Notes: generated from the sequence alone by a model not told the origin. A DNA stretch of 64,000 nucleotides from an uncultured Verrucomicrobiae bacterium (GCA_963726745.1 CAVSDR010000007.1:77817-141816), one strand, 5' to 3'. Positions 52,416-63,036 are shown, counted from the first letter of the stretch. A program made the numbers and translations.

Positions 52416-54534
52416 ATGTCGCTCCTTCGCTGTTGTTCGCTCAGCCTGCTTGCCGCGTCGCTCTTGGCCCCCGCCGCTTTTGCCGATGAAGGCATGTGGC
52501 TCTTCAACCAGCCGCCGCTGGAGCAATTGAAAGCCAGGTATCAGTTCGACCCCCACGCCGGAGTGGCTGGAGCATTTGCAGAAATCGAGCGTGCGCTTCA
52601 ACTCCGGCGGGAGCGGTTCCTTCGTCGGTCCCAACGGGCTCGTGATCACGAATCATCACGTCGGTCTCGACACCCTGCAGAAATTCTCCACCGAGAAAAA
52701 CAACTACGTGCGCGACGGCTTCTTCGCGAAGACTGCGAAGGACGAAATCAAGGCGACCGACCTCGAGCTCAACGTCCTCCTGTCGATCGAAGACGTGACC
52801 GCGCGAGTGAACGGCGCGGTCAAGGAAGGCCTGCCACCCGACGAGGCAAACGCGGCGCGCCGGAGCGTGATCGCCGGGATCGAGAAGGAATCGAAAGAAA
52901 AGACCGGCCTGCGCTCCGATGTGGTCACGCTTTACCAGGGCGGCGCCTACCATCTTTACCGTTACAAGCGCTACGACGACGTCCGCCTGGTCTTCGCGCC
53001 GGAGCAACAGGCAGCCTTCTATGGCGGCGACCCGGATAACTTCGAGTATCCGCGCTTCGATCTCGATGTCTGTTTCTTCCGCGCCTACGAAAACGGCCAG
53101 CCGGCCAAGCCCGAGCATTACCTGAAGTGGAACGCGCAAGGCCCGGCCGACGGCGAACTCATCTTCGTCAGCGGCCACCCCGGCAAAACCGACCGCCAAC
53201 TCGCAGTCAGCGAGCTCGCCGACATGCGCGATCACGAAGCGCCTTACATCCTCGACATGCTCAAGCGTCGCGAAGTGCTCCTGACTGCATTTTCCTCGCG
53301 GAGTTTTGAGAATGCGCGCCGCGCCAAGGAGGACCTCTTCGGCCTGCAGAATTCGCGCAAGGTTTTCGACGGGATCGAGGCCGCGCTGCTCGACCCGGAG
53401 ATCTGGGGCTCGATCAAGGCGCGCGAGGAGAAGCTCCGCGCCTCCATGAAAGACGCGGGCGCGGCCTTCCGGCAAATCGAGGAAGCCCAGGCCGAGACCG
53501 CGAAAATCCTGCCGACTTATCGCTACTTCGAGCAAGCCCGCGGCAAGGCCAGCGCCGGTTACCGCGGCGCCGCGCGCGATTCAACAGTGTGCTGTTTAAA
53601 TACGCCCGCCGCCTCCTGCGGCATGCGGAGGAAATGCCGAAGCCCAATGGCGAACGCTTTCCCGAGTTTCGCGACAGCAACAAGGAGTCGCTCGAGCTGG
53701 ATCTCTTCTCGACTGCGCCGATCCATGAAGACCTCGAGCTGGTGAACCTGACCGACTCGTTAACCGACATGGCCAACGCCTTCGGCGCGGAGGATGCGCT
53801 TGTGCAGAAAGTGCTCGCCGGCAAATCGCCGCGCGAGCGTGCGGCCGAACTGGTCAATGGCTCGAAGCTCAAAGAAGTGGCGACGCGTCAGGAACTTTAC
53901 CGGGGCGATGCCGCCGCGCTCGCGGCCTCGAAGGACCCGATGATCGAACTCGCGCGCCTGATCGATGGTCCCGCGCGCGCCGCGCGGAAAACTTTCGAAC
54001 GCGAAGACGAACGGAAAGAGCAGGCTTACGCCGAGATCGCGAAAGCCCGCTTCGCGCTCGAAGGGCACGAGCACTTATCCGGACGCGACCTTCACCCTGC
54101 GCCTCTCCTTTGGCGAAGTGAAAGGCTACGAGGAGAACGGAAAGCAGGTCCCCGCGCACACGACTTTCGCCGGCCTCTACGAACGCGCGGCGGAGCACAA
54201 CAACCAGCCGCCCTTCGACCTCCCGAAGCGCTGGATCGACCGCAAAGCGAAGCTCAACTTAAGCACCCCATTCGATTTCGTGGCCACGCCCGACATCATC
54301 GGCGGAAACAGCGGCAGTCCCGTGGTCAACAAGGCGAACGAATTCGTCGGCATCATTTTCGACGGCAACATCCAGTCGCTCTCCGGCGACGTGGCTTACA
54401 CCGAGAAACAGGCGCGCGCGGTCAGCGTCGATAGCGCCGCCATCACCGAGGCGCTCCGAAAAGTCTACGACGCCGGCTCGTTGGCCGACGAGTTGGAAGG
54501 CGCGGAAGAAGTACGCGGTCGCGGCCGCGCGTAG
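52416..54534 (+). CDS. S46 family dipeptidyl peptidase, frameshifted (~52555, ~53570, ~54065)
   Basis: ADEGMWLF, GSGSFV...TNHHV, DPDNFEYPR, YPDATFTLRLSFG, DIIGGNSGSPV across four ORFs. Confidence 0.9.
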
Positions 54535-55338
54535 GCGGTGGACGCCCCTCGCCAGAGCTGCTTGAGCAATCTCCGCCAGCGCACCCAGGCGTCGTCGCGC
54601 GCTTTCTTGTTCTCCGGCGAGGCATCAGGCGCTTCGCCGGCGCGCATGAAGCCGTGGCCCGCGCCCTGGTAGATCACCGGCTCGTATTTCTTCCCGGCCG
54701 CTTTCATTAGCTCCTCGGCCTTCGCGATGGTCGCGTTCACCCGCTCATCGTTCTCGCCGTAGAAGCCGTAGACCGGCCCGGAGATTTTCGCCGCCTCCGC
54801 GGCTTCATCGATCGCCGTCCCGTAAAACGAAAACGCTGCCTGCATCTGCGGATTGGCCGCGGCGTATTGGAAAGCCCAGCCGCCACCCCAGCAGAACCCG
54901 GCCACCGCCAGCTTGTCATTCGCGGCCGGAAGTTTCCGCGCATATTCCGCCGTCGCGTTGAGGTCGGCCAGCACCTGCTCCTTCGGCAGCGCGGAGATCG
55001 CTTTCCGCGCGCCGTCCACATCGTCGAAGGTCTGGCCGCTCAGGAGATCGGGCGCGATCGCGATCACGCCCGCTTCCGCGAGTTGATCGCACACGCCGCG
55101 CACCCAGTCGGTCAGGCCAAAGATTTCGTGGATCACGAGCACCACCGGCGCCTTCTCTTTCCGCTCCGGATAAACCACGAAAGCCTTCAGCGTGCGTTCG
55201 CCCGATTGGTATTGGACCCATTCCCCATGGCGCGGCGAATCATTCAGCCGCCCCTTGGCCCACTCCTGGGCCTGCGCCATTCCTGCGAGACCGACGAGCA
55301 AGGCCAGCGCGCCGGATGATGATCCAGTTGGTCTTCAT
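54465..55338 (-). CDS. Dienelactone hydrolase family protein (signal-peptide frameshift; 3' end uncertain)
   Basis: IHEIFGL, GFCWGG, GAGHGF. Confidence 0.88.
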
Positions 55339-55342
55339 GAAT

Positions 55343-55756
55343 CTAGTTACGCGCGCCACCGCCGTTGAGTGTCGCGTTCTTCCGAAAGATGATGCTGTCG
55401 AGGCTAAGCGGTCCGGCCCCGCGGAAAAACATGTAGAGGAAGACAAAGCAATAAAGCACCGCCATCTCGCCTTTGTTGATCACCGGGAGGAAACCCTGCG
55501 GCGCGTGCGCCATGAAATACGCCACCGCCATCAAGCCGCTCGCGAGGAACGCCGCCGGCCGGGTGAGCAGGCCGAAGGCAATCAACAACCCGCCCACGAG
55601 CTCGATCGCTCCCGCGACCAGCATCATCCCGGTTGCATGGCCTTTGCCGCCAAACATGCCGAGAAGTTTTTGCGCGCCGTGGCAGGCGAACATGAGGCCT
55701 GAGACCAGGCGCAGGAGCGCGTAGGCGTAAGGGGAGAAGCGGTCGAGTGAATTCAT
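55343..55756 (-). CDS. DoxX family membrane protein
   Basis: LLRLVSGLMFACHGAQKL...ELVGG...MAVAYFMAH...NKGE. Confidence 0.88.
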   Translation of the reverse strand: MNSLDRFSPYAYALLRLVSGLMFACHGAQKLLGMFGGKGHATGMMLVAGAIELVGGLLIAFGLLTRPAAFLASGLMAVAYFMAHAPQGFLPVINKGEMAVLYCFVFLYMFFRGAGPLSLDSIIFRKNATLNGGGARN

Positions 55757-55845
55757 CGCCAGAGGCTGCGGAGCGGCCCGCGCGCTGTCAAGATTCCGCT
55801 GCGAATCCCCGCAGCGTCGCGGCCACACCCGCGCTAAACTCCCGC

Positions 55846-57088
55846 GTGGAGAGCGAACGCATCGTCATCGTGGGCGGAGGCGCGGCCGGCTTTTTCGCCG
55901 CGATCGCCTGCGCGGAGGCGCGCCCGGCGAAACAGCGTGCGCCTGCTCGAGCGCGGCTCGCATTTTCTCACCAAGGTGCGCATCTCCGGCGGCGGCCGCT
56001 GCAATGTCACCCACTCTCCCGCGCTCGAGCGCCGGATCTTTGCCGCCCGTTACCCGCGAGGCGAACGCGCGCTGCTCTCCGCGCTCCACCGCTTTTCGCC
56101 GGAGGATTGCGTGGCCTGGTTCGAGCGCCGGGGCGTGCGGCTGAAGACGGAAGCGGACGGCCGGATGTTTCCGGTGACCGACTCTTCCGGGACGGTGATC
56201 GATTGCTTCCTGCACGAGGCCGAGGCCGCGGGGGTGAAACTCTGGCCGCGCATCGGCGTGGAGCGGGCGACGAAAACAGACAGCGCTTTCACCCTCGAGC
56301 TTTCCGATGGCGGCGCGCTCGAATGCGATCGCCTGCTGCTCGCCACCGGCGGCGCGCGCGACCCGCGCGGCGCGGAGCTGGCGCAGTCGTTAGGCCACAC
56401 GATCGAGCCCGCGGTGCCTTCGCTTTTTTCGCTGCACATTGACTGCGAATGGCTGCGCAATCTTCCCGGCGTGGCCGCGCCCGAGGTGGAACTGACGGTG
56501 CCTGGCCTGCGCCTGCGCGAGCGCGGCCCGCTCCTGATCACGCACCACGGCATCAGCGGGCCGGCCGTCCTGCGCCTTTCCGCCTGGGGCGCCCGCCTCC
56601 TCGCGGAGACCGATTATGCCTTCACGCTGCGCTGCAACTGGCTGCCCGCTCTGACCGCCGATGAAATCAGCGCCGAGTTCCAGCGCCGCCGCGAAAGCGA
56701 TGGCAAAAAACGCGTCGGCGGTTTCCCGATCGCGCCGCTGCCTGGCCGGCTCTGGGAAGCGCTCACCCGCGCCGCGCGCATCCCGGAGGAAACGATCTGG
56801 ACCGCGCTTTCGCGTGCGCAATCCCTCGCGCTGGTGGCGTTGCTCACGCGCGCTGAATTCCCGGTCGTGGGGAAGACCTTGAACAAGGATGAGTTTGTCA
56901 CCTGCGGTGGCGTGCGCCTGAGCGAGGTGGACTTCCGCACGATGGAAAGCCGGATCACGCCGCGGCTTTATTTCGCCGGCGAATTGCTCGACATCGATGG
57001 GATCACCGGCGGCTTCAATTTTCAATCGGCCTGGAGCACCGGCTGGATCGCCGGCCATGCCATGGCCGGGACGGCGCCTGCGAAATGA
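55846..57088 (+). CDS. HI0933/BaiN-family flavoprotein (frameshift ~55935)
   Basis: IVGGGAAG, KVRISGGGRCNVT, LATGG, VTCGGV, GELLDIDGITGGFNFQ. Confidence 0.9.
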
Positions 57089-57525
57089 AAGCGCCACTGC
57101 CTAACGAGCGCGCGCTCGCCGAAGTGCGCGCAGTCTATGCCGACCTCGAACGCCGCCCGGTGGAGCGAAACTGCACGCGGCTGCAAGAGTGTTGCCATTT
57201 CAAGCTCACCGGCCGCACGCCTTACCTGACCAAAGGCGAGGCGCTCCTGGCCGCGAAAGCTTTCCGCGCCACCGGCCGGAAGAGCTTGCCGGCTAATTCC
57301 GCCGGCGTCTGCCCGATGCTCGACCGCGCCACCGGGAATTGCCTCATCTACTCCGCGCGGCCGTTCGGTTGCCGCACGCATTTTTGCCCCGCAGCCGGCG
57401 GCCCTTACGCCCGCCGCGATGTGCTCGACCTCATCCGCCGCCTCGAAGCGGTCGATGCCCAACTCGGCGGCAAGGCCCGCGCATGCTGCCCGGCGCGGTC
57501 GCGGAGCGCATTGAACGAGCTCTAG
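57085..57525 (+). CDS. YkgJ-family cysteine-cluster protein
   Basis: CTRLQECC...CPML...CLIYSARPFGCRTHFC. Confidence 0.82.
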   Translation: MKAPLPNERALAEVRAVYADLERRPVERNCTRLQECCHFKLTGRTPYLTKGEALLAAKAFRATGRKSLPANSAGVCPMLDRATGNCLIYSARPFGCRTHFCPAAGGPYARRDVLDLIRRLEAVDAQLGGKARACCPARSRSALNEL

Positions 57526-57540
57526 CGGTCGCAGCGCACT

Positions 57541-57680
57541 CCGGGGAGCGCAGGCTGCCAGCCTGCCGGTCGCGGCAGCTTGCCGCGACCACCCGGGGGA
57601 AGCTGTGATCAACCGAGCCACGCCACTCGTGTTTCCGGCAGGTTGCCGGAAACGGCAGGCTGGCAGCCTGCGCTCCCCGG
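57541..57680. repeat. REP/REPIN-like nested palindrome
   Basis: Perfect 28-bp inverted repeat CCGGGGAGCGCAGGCTGCCAGCCTGCCG (57541-57568 / 57653-57680) enclosing two smaller hairpins, between convergent genes. Confidence 0.8.
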
Positions 57681-57688
57681 ACAAGACG

Positions 57689-58534
57689 TTACGCCGCCTT
57701 CTTGTGCGCGGTCTTCTTCGCGCTTTTCCCTTTGCTCTTGGCGCTCTTCTTCGCTTCGCCTTGCGATTGCTTCAGGCTCTGTTGCAGGACCGCCACCAGG
57801 TCGATCACCTTCGTCGGCGCCGGGCCTTTCTTTGGCTTCGACTCGATCTCTTTCCCGCCCGATTCCACCTTCTCCTCGATCACGTCCATCAAGGCCTCGC
57901 GGTAATCGTCCTTATATTTCTCCGGGTCCCATTTCCCGGTCATGCTTCCGACGAGCGACTTCGCCATCTCGAGCTCCTTCTTTCCCGGGTTAAGTTTCTT
58001 CGGGACGTTCAGCTTCGACGAATCGGAAAGCTCGTCGGCAAAGTGCATCAGCTCCAGCACGAGCACGTCCTTCATCGCTTTCACCCCGGCGAGATATTGC
58101 CGGGTTTTGATCACCACCTTGGCGATGCCGACCTTGTTCTCGCTCGCGAGCGCCTCGCGCAGGAGCACATAAGCCTTGTCGCCGCCCTTCTGCGGCTCGA
58201 GGAAATACGGCTTGTAAAAATACATCGGGTCGATCTCCTCCACGTCCACGAAATCCTGGATGTCGACCGTCTTGGTGGCCTCCAGGTCGACGCGCTGGAA
58301 ATCCTTTTCGTTCAGGACGACGAACTTCCCCTTCTCGTATTCGTAGCCCTTCACGATGTCGTCCCACTCGACTTCCTTGCCGTCCTTTTCCGCGACCCGC
58401 TTGTAGTTCACCGGGCTGTGATCGCTCCCCCGCAGAAGGCGAAATTTCAGATCCTCCCGCCGCGTCGCCGAGTAGAGCGCGATCGGGATATTGACCAGGC
58501 CAAACGAGATACTTCCCTTCCAAATTGCACGCAT
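57689..58534 (-). CDS. ku: NHEJ DNA end-binding protein Ku
   Basis: MRAIWKGSISFGLVNIP, IVKGYEY, KPYFL, YKDDY, VIDLVAVLQQSL, Lys-rich tail. Confidence 0.95.
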   Translation of the reverse strand: MRAIWKGSISFGLVNIPIALYSATRREDLKFRLLRGSDHSPVNYKRVAEKDGKEVEWDDIVKGYEYEKGKFVVLNEKDFQRVDLEATKTVDIQDFVDVEEIDPMYFYKPYFLEPQKGGDKAYVLLREALASENKVGIAKVVIKTRQYLAGVKAMKDVLVLELMHFADELSDSSKLNVPKKLNPGKKELEMAKSLVGSMTGKWDPEKYKDDYREALMDVIEEKVESGGKEIESKPKKGPAPTKVIDLVAVLQQSLKQSQGEAKKSAKSKGKSAKKTAHKKAA

Positions 58535-58622
58535 AACAAAAAGGAATACGCGCCTCGTCCCGAGCGCGGCGGTCTGTTCCGCAGCGAATCGTGCGCGACC
58601 TTAGCCAGCAGGATGAGGGCAC

Positions 58623-58649
58623 AAAAAAACGGCGATCAAATGATCGCCG
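58623..58649 (-). terminator. Rho-independent terminator after the second EPS operon
   Basis: Minus strand CGGCGATCA-TT-TGATCGCCG followed by TTTTTTT. Confidence 0.7.
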
Positions 58650-58671
58650 CTACAGCTTCGCCACCGGGCGC

Positions 58672-58731
58672 TCCTAAACTCCTAGCCTCCTATCTCCCTT
58701 TCCACTTTCTCCTTCCACCTTTCCACTTTCC
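58672..58731. repeat. Degenerate heptamer tandem repeats (CTCCTAA / TTTCCAC type)
   Basis: ctcctaa actccta gcctcct atctccc tttccac tttctcc ttccacc tttccac. Confidence 0.6.
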
Positions 58732-60255
58732 TACTGCCCTTTGCCAAACAACACCGTGTAGATCGTTTTCAAGACAATCATCAGGTCCAGCTTCAGCGAG
58801 TAGTTCCGAATGTAGTAAAGGTCGTATTTCAGCTTCTCGATCGCGTCCTGATCGCTTTCGCCATAAGGATAATTCACCTGCGCCCAGCCGGTGATCCCCG
58901 GTTTCACCAGGTGCCGGAAATGGTAGAACGGGATCGTCTTCTCGTAACGCTCGGCGCACTTGATCCACTCCGCGCGCGGACCGATCAAGCTCATCTCGCC
59001 TTTGAAGACATTGACCAGCTGCGGCAACTCATCGAGGCGCATCTTCCGCAGCCGGGAACCGATGCGCGTGATCCGTGGATCGTTCCGGCGCGTGTAGATA
59101 TCGTCCTCGCCGCATGCCTCGTCGGTGCGCGCAAACATGGTGCGAAATTTATAGACCGTGAACGGCTCGTTATCCCGGCCCACGCGCGTTTGCTCGAAGA
59201 TCGCCGGCCGCCCGTTCTCCCACCAGATCGCGATGCGAGCACCGATGACGAAGACCGGCGAAAGCAGCGCGATCAGGAGCATGGAAAAGACGAGATCGAA
59301 GAGGCGCTTCAGGTAATGGAAAGGCGAGTTGCGCGCGAGTTGGAAACCGCGTCTGGAGCGGCCAGAAGGGATCGAGCGATTGCACCGGGAGATACCGCCA
59401 GTGCGCCTCGTGAAACGACTCCAGGGTGTAGACCCGCGCGCGATAAAACTGCGTGCGCACGAGCGTGTCGAGCAACTCGGGCCGCAACTGATCCACCCGC
59501 TCCGCCAGGACCACGCCGCTGTAGCTTTGGTCGAGCCGCTGCAGCTTCGTCTCGAAGTCGCCCTCGACATCGGCGAACCCGGACCCGCGATATGCTGGCC
59601 CACGCGCGCGCGGTCCACGTCCACAAACTCGAGCCGCTGGCGATTAACCGACAACTTGTAGGAGCGGTAAAACTCCACCGCCAACTCTCCACTCCCGACC
59701 ACCAGGAAAGCCTTGTTCGCCGTGGCCGCAGAAACAAACACCCGCACCACCCGGCGGTAGATTAACGAGACGACCAGGAAGCCGCAAAGCTGATCAGGAA
59801 AGCGCGCCGCGGCTCGGCCTCATCGACTGGTCGAAGGTCGCGGCCGCGTAGACCAGGACCGCGCTCCCCGCCGCCGCCGCCACCAGCGCCAGGATATGCT
59901 CCGTGGCATAAGGCAGCCCACGGAATTCCGTTTGCCGGTCGTAACCCCCGATGACAAAAAGCGCGACGATGATCGAAGCCACCTGGAGCAACGCCACCAG
60001 GAAAAACTGCAGCGGCGTCACATAAAAAGCGTCCACCCGCAGCGTCGTCGCCAGCGCGTAGATCCCCATCCAGACGGCGAGATCGAGCGCAACCAAGCCG
60101 GCAGAAATGATCCACTCATGCCGGAGAAGCTTCCGCAGTTGGCGAAAATGCATGCGCTCTGGCGCCGTGGAACGCGGCGCTGAAATCTCCCGCTCCCGAA
60201 GAGGGATCTCCCCGTGGCGGGAGTCATTTTCCAGGGTAGGAGCAGGCGCACTCAT
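58731..60255 (-). CDS. Exopolysaccharide polyprenyl glycosylphosphotransferase (WcaJ-like), several frameshifts
   Basis: N-terminal TM segments in ORF 59794..60255; C-terminal KRLFD, YKFRTM, DPRIT, LDELPQL, KPGITGWAQV, YDLYY. Confidence 0.88.
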
Positions 60256-60330
60256 AGCTAACGGGGGACAGGGGGAACCAAGATTAATTTATTCAGTGCG
60301 CAGCGTCACCAACAACCGGTTGGAGGCAAA

Positions 60331-60566
60331 AAGCTGAAATTCTGAAAAGCTGAGACGCTGAAATCTTTCGCCACGTCGCCTTCCCCTCCCCCCCACTTTC
60401 GCCTTCCGCCTTCCGCCTTCCGCCTTCGCCTTTCGCCTTCCGCCTTTCGCCTTTCGCCTTTCGCCTTTCAGCCTTTCAGCCTTTCAGCCTTTCAGCCTTT
60501 CAGCCTTTCAGCCTTTCAGCCTTTCAGCCTTTCAGCCTTTCAGCTTTTCAGCTTTTCAGCTTTTCA
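60331..60566. repeat. Short tandem repeat array: CTGAAA arm, 7-mers (TTCCGCC/TTTCGCC) and about 12 8-mers GC(C/T)TTTCA
   Basis: Directly visible in the intergenic region between the WcaJ-like gene and asnB. Confidence 0.9.
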
Positions 60567-62361
60567 AGAAATCCCATGGCGCTCGATGAAACTCTCGAGC
60601 GCAAACAGGCACCACGTCCGATACCAGTTGCGCAGCGGCACCGGGCTCGACTTCTCGATCCGCGCGAAGACTTCCTGCCATTCGCCCGCCACCCAGTCGC
60701 GGAACGGGAAAGGTAAAGCCCTGCTTGGGCCGTTCGCGCACCCATTGCGGGATCTCCGGGATCGCGTCGAGCAGAAGTTGCTTGCCCTGCGCCAGCCGCA
60801 GCTGCGCCGGGATCCGTTGGATCGCCTCGACGAAGTGGCTGTCGACAAACGGCACCCGCAATTCCAGGCTCCAGGCCATGCTCATGACATCACTGTCGCG
60901 CAGGAGTTGGTTCCGCATGTAGCGCGTCAGCTCGAGGTAACTCACCTCGTCTTCCAGCGTCGGCTGCGGCGGCACGTGCAGGGCAATGCCGGAGCGCGCT
61001 TGTCCGCCGGCAAGCCCGTAACGCGGGAGCAAACGCTCCACTTCGCGCGGGGTAAAAATTCCGCGCATCGCCCAGTAGGCCGCGGCGGTGATCGGCGCAT
61101 CGGTCAGGAAACGCCCGAGGCGATTCATCCGCGGCGAAAGCAGCCCGCTTTGCATCTGACCGCCGACCAGCCGACGCATCGGCGCCACCGGGGTGAGCCA
61201 GCGGCTGGCCTCCACCATCCGCGGCACTTTCTGGAACGATTGATACCCGCCGAACAGCTCGTCCCCGCCCAGGCCCGAAAGCACCACCTTCAACCCGTGA
61301 TCGTGTGCCAACCGCGCAACGCAAAAAGTGTTGAAACCATCGATGCTCGGCTGGTCGGCGCTTTCGAGAAATTGGTGGAGCAGCTGCTTTGCCGTCTCTG
61401 AATCCAACCGCCAGTCGGTGTGCTTCGCCCCGAAATGCGCCGCCGTCCGCGCTGCCACTTCGCCCTCGTTGAAGTTCGGATCCTCGAAGGAAATGCAAAA
61501 CGTCCGCAGCTCGCTCCGCTTCTCCTGCGCTGCCAGCGCCACCACCGCGGTGGAATCGATCCCGCCGCTTAGGAACACGCCCACCGGCACATCGCTCACC
61601 AGGTGCCGCTGCACCGATTCCTGCAGCGCCTGCCGCACCGTCGCGGCCGCTTCTTCCCGGCTCGACCCATCCTTCCCGAACTGGATGTCCCAATATTTTG
61701 TCAGCCGCATCTCTCCTTTGCGCCAGGTAAGATAATGCCCCGGCGGCAGGAGCTTGATCCCGTCAATCAGTGTCGCCGGCTCCGGGACCGCGCCGAAAAG
61801 CAGGTAACCCGACACCGCGGCCGCGGAGAGCTTGCGCGGAACGAGACCCGTTTGGAGCAGCGTCCGGATCTCAGACGCAAATAACAGCCGCTCCCCGCCG
61901 GCGTGGTAATAGACCGGCTTCACCCCCAGCGGCCCGCGCGCCAGGAAGAGCGACTCCTCCTGCTCGTCCCAGATCGCGATCCCGAACATGCCGGCAAACT
62001 CGCGCACGCAATCCGGCCCGAAACGGGCAAACATCTTCAGGATCACCTCCGTGTCACTGTGCGACGCGAAGGTTTCGCCCTCCGCGATCAGCTCCGTCCG
62101 CAGCGCGTCGAAGTTATAGATCTCGCCGTTAAAAACGATCGTGTAACGCCCATCCGCCGTCTGCATCGGCTGATGCCCCGCCGGGCTCAGGTCCAGGATC
62201 GCCAGCCGCGTATTCACCAGTCCCGCCGTCCCCCGCCGCGAAACAAAAAACCCATGGTCATCCGGCCCGCGATGCCGCAAATCGCGCTCAAACCCACGGA
62301 GCACCTGCTCCAGCGCCTCCGCGCTCAAGCCCGTATTAATCGCTCCCGCTATGCCGCACAT
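60564..62361 (-). CDS. asnB: Asparagine synthase (glutamine-hydrolysing) family amidotransferase; frameshift near 60710
   Basis: MCGIAG, HRGPD, RLAILDLS, FNGEIYN, FLSGGIDS, SGLGGDELFGGY, LLRDSD; true C-terminus in ORF 60564..60848. Confidence 0.92.
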
Positions 62362-62400
62362 TTTTTGAAAAGGAGAAAGGCTAAAGGAGGAAGGAGAAAG

Positions 62401-62775
62401 TTATTCCCTTCAAACGCTTCGCGCGGTGCAGAATGGTGACGAAGATTGCGCAGCAAGCTACCGCAATCGGTCTTCCTGCAGAAGCGCTGATCGCAATCGA
62501 GGTTCTGTGCGTTAGCCGCTAACTTCCTTGAGAAGCTCCAGCCAATACTGCGTTTCGGCGGCTTCCTTCTGCACAGATCCCGATCTTGTTCGCTGAAGTC
62601 CGCGCCTCGAAACCCCTCGGTTCGCTTCGCGATAGTTGTGCGCCGACCGAGGTCGCCGAACGCAGAAGTTGCCGGGCCGAGAATTTCGCACTCCCGCGTC
62701 CGTGGCAGCGCCGAAGTAAAGCCGAATCACCGCCAAGGAGAAAGCTTTGGTCCGCTGCTCGAGATCCTTCTCCAC
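62401..62775 (-). pseudogene. Four-helix-bundle protein (23S rRNA IVP / Avd-like family), multiply frameshifted
   Basis: DLEQRTKAFSLAVIRL / QLLRSATSVGA / NYREANR / KEAAETQYWLELL / AIFVTI spread across frames. Confidence 0.8.
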
Positions 62776-63036
62776 CTTCTACTTTAGCCTTTCCACTTTT
62801 TCCTTCGGTTTGTGCAGCGGCTCGAGGACTTCCTCGAGCCGCTGAACAAACCGCCCATATCCATACGCCTCGATCACCGCCGCCCGCAGCTTCTCCGGAT
62901 GAAAGATGATTTCCGGAATGACGACGCCGGAAGCTCAATTTCAGAATTTCAGTGTTCCACTTTTCAGCATTTGCCCTTTCAGGAAGGAGGTCAGGGTTCG
63001 CTGTATCAGATCTTCAGATTTTCAGTTTTCAGCCTT

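Noticed and set aside
17585..57107. TCGTTAGG as a Chi or KOPS site
   Set aside because: The 13:13 strand split is interleaved along the window, whereas Chi and KOPS are strongly polarised within a replichore.
60395..60566. Possible CRISPR array
   Set aside because: Contiguous 7-8-nt units with no spacers, and no cas genes.
62401..62775. Diversity-generating retroelement suggested by the Avd-like gene
   Set aside because: No reverse transcriptase or template/variable repeat pair is visible in the window.
62815..62844. 14-bp perfect hairpin as a terminator
   Set aside because: It lies within the probable GT4 C-terminal coding segment and has no U-tract in the sense direction.
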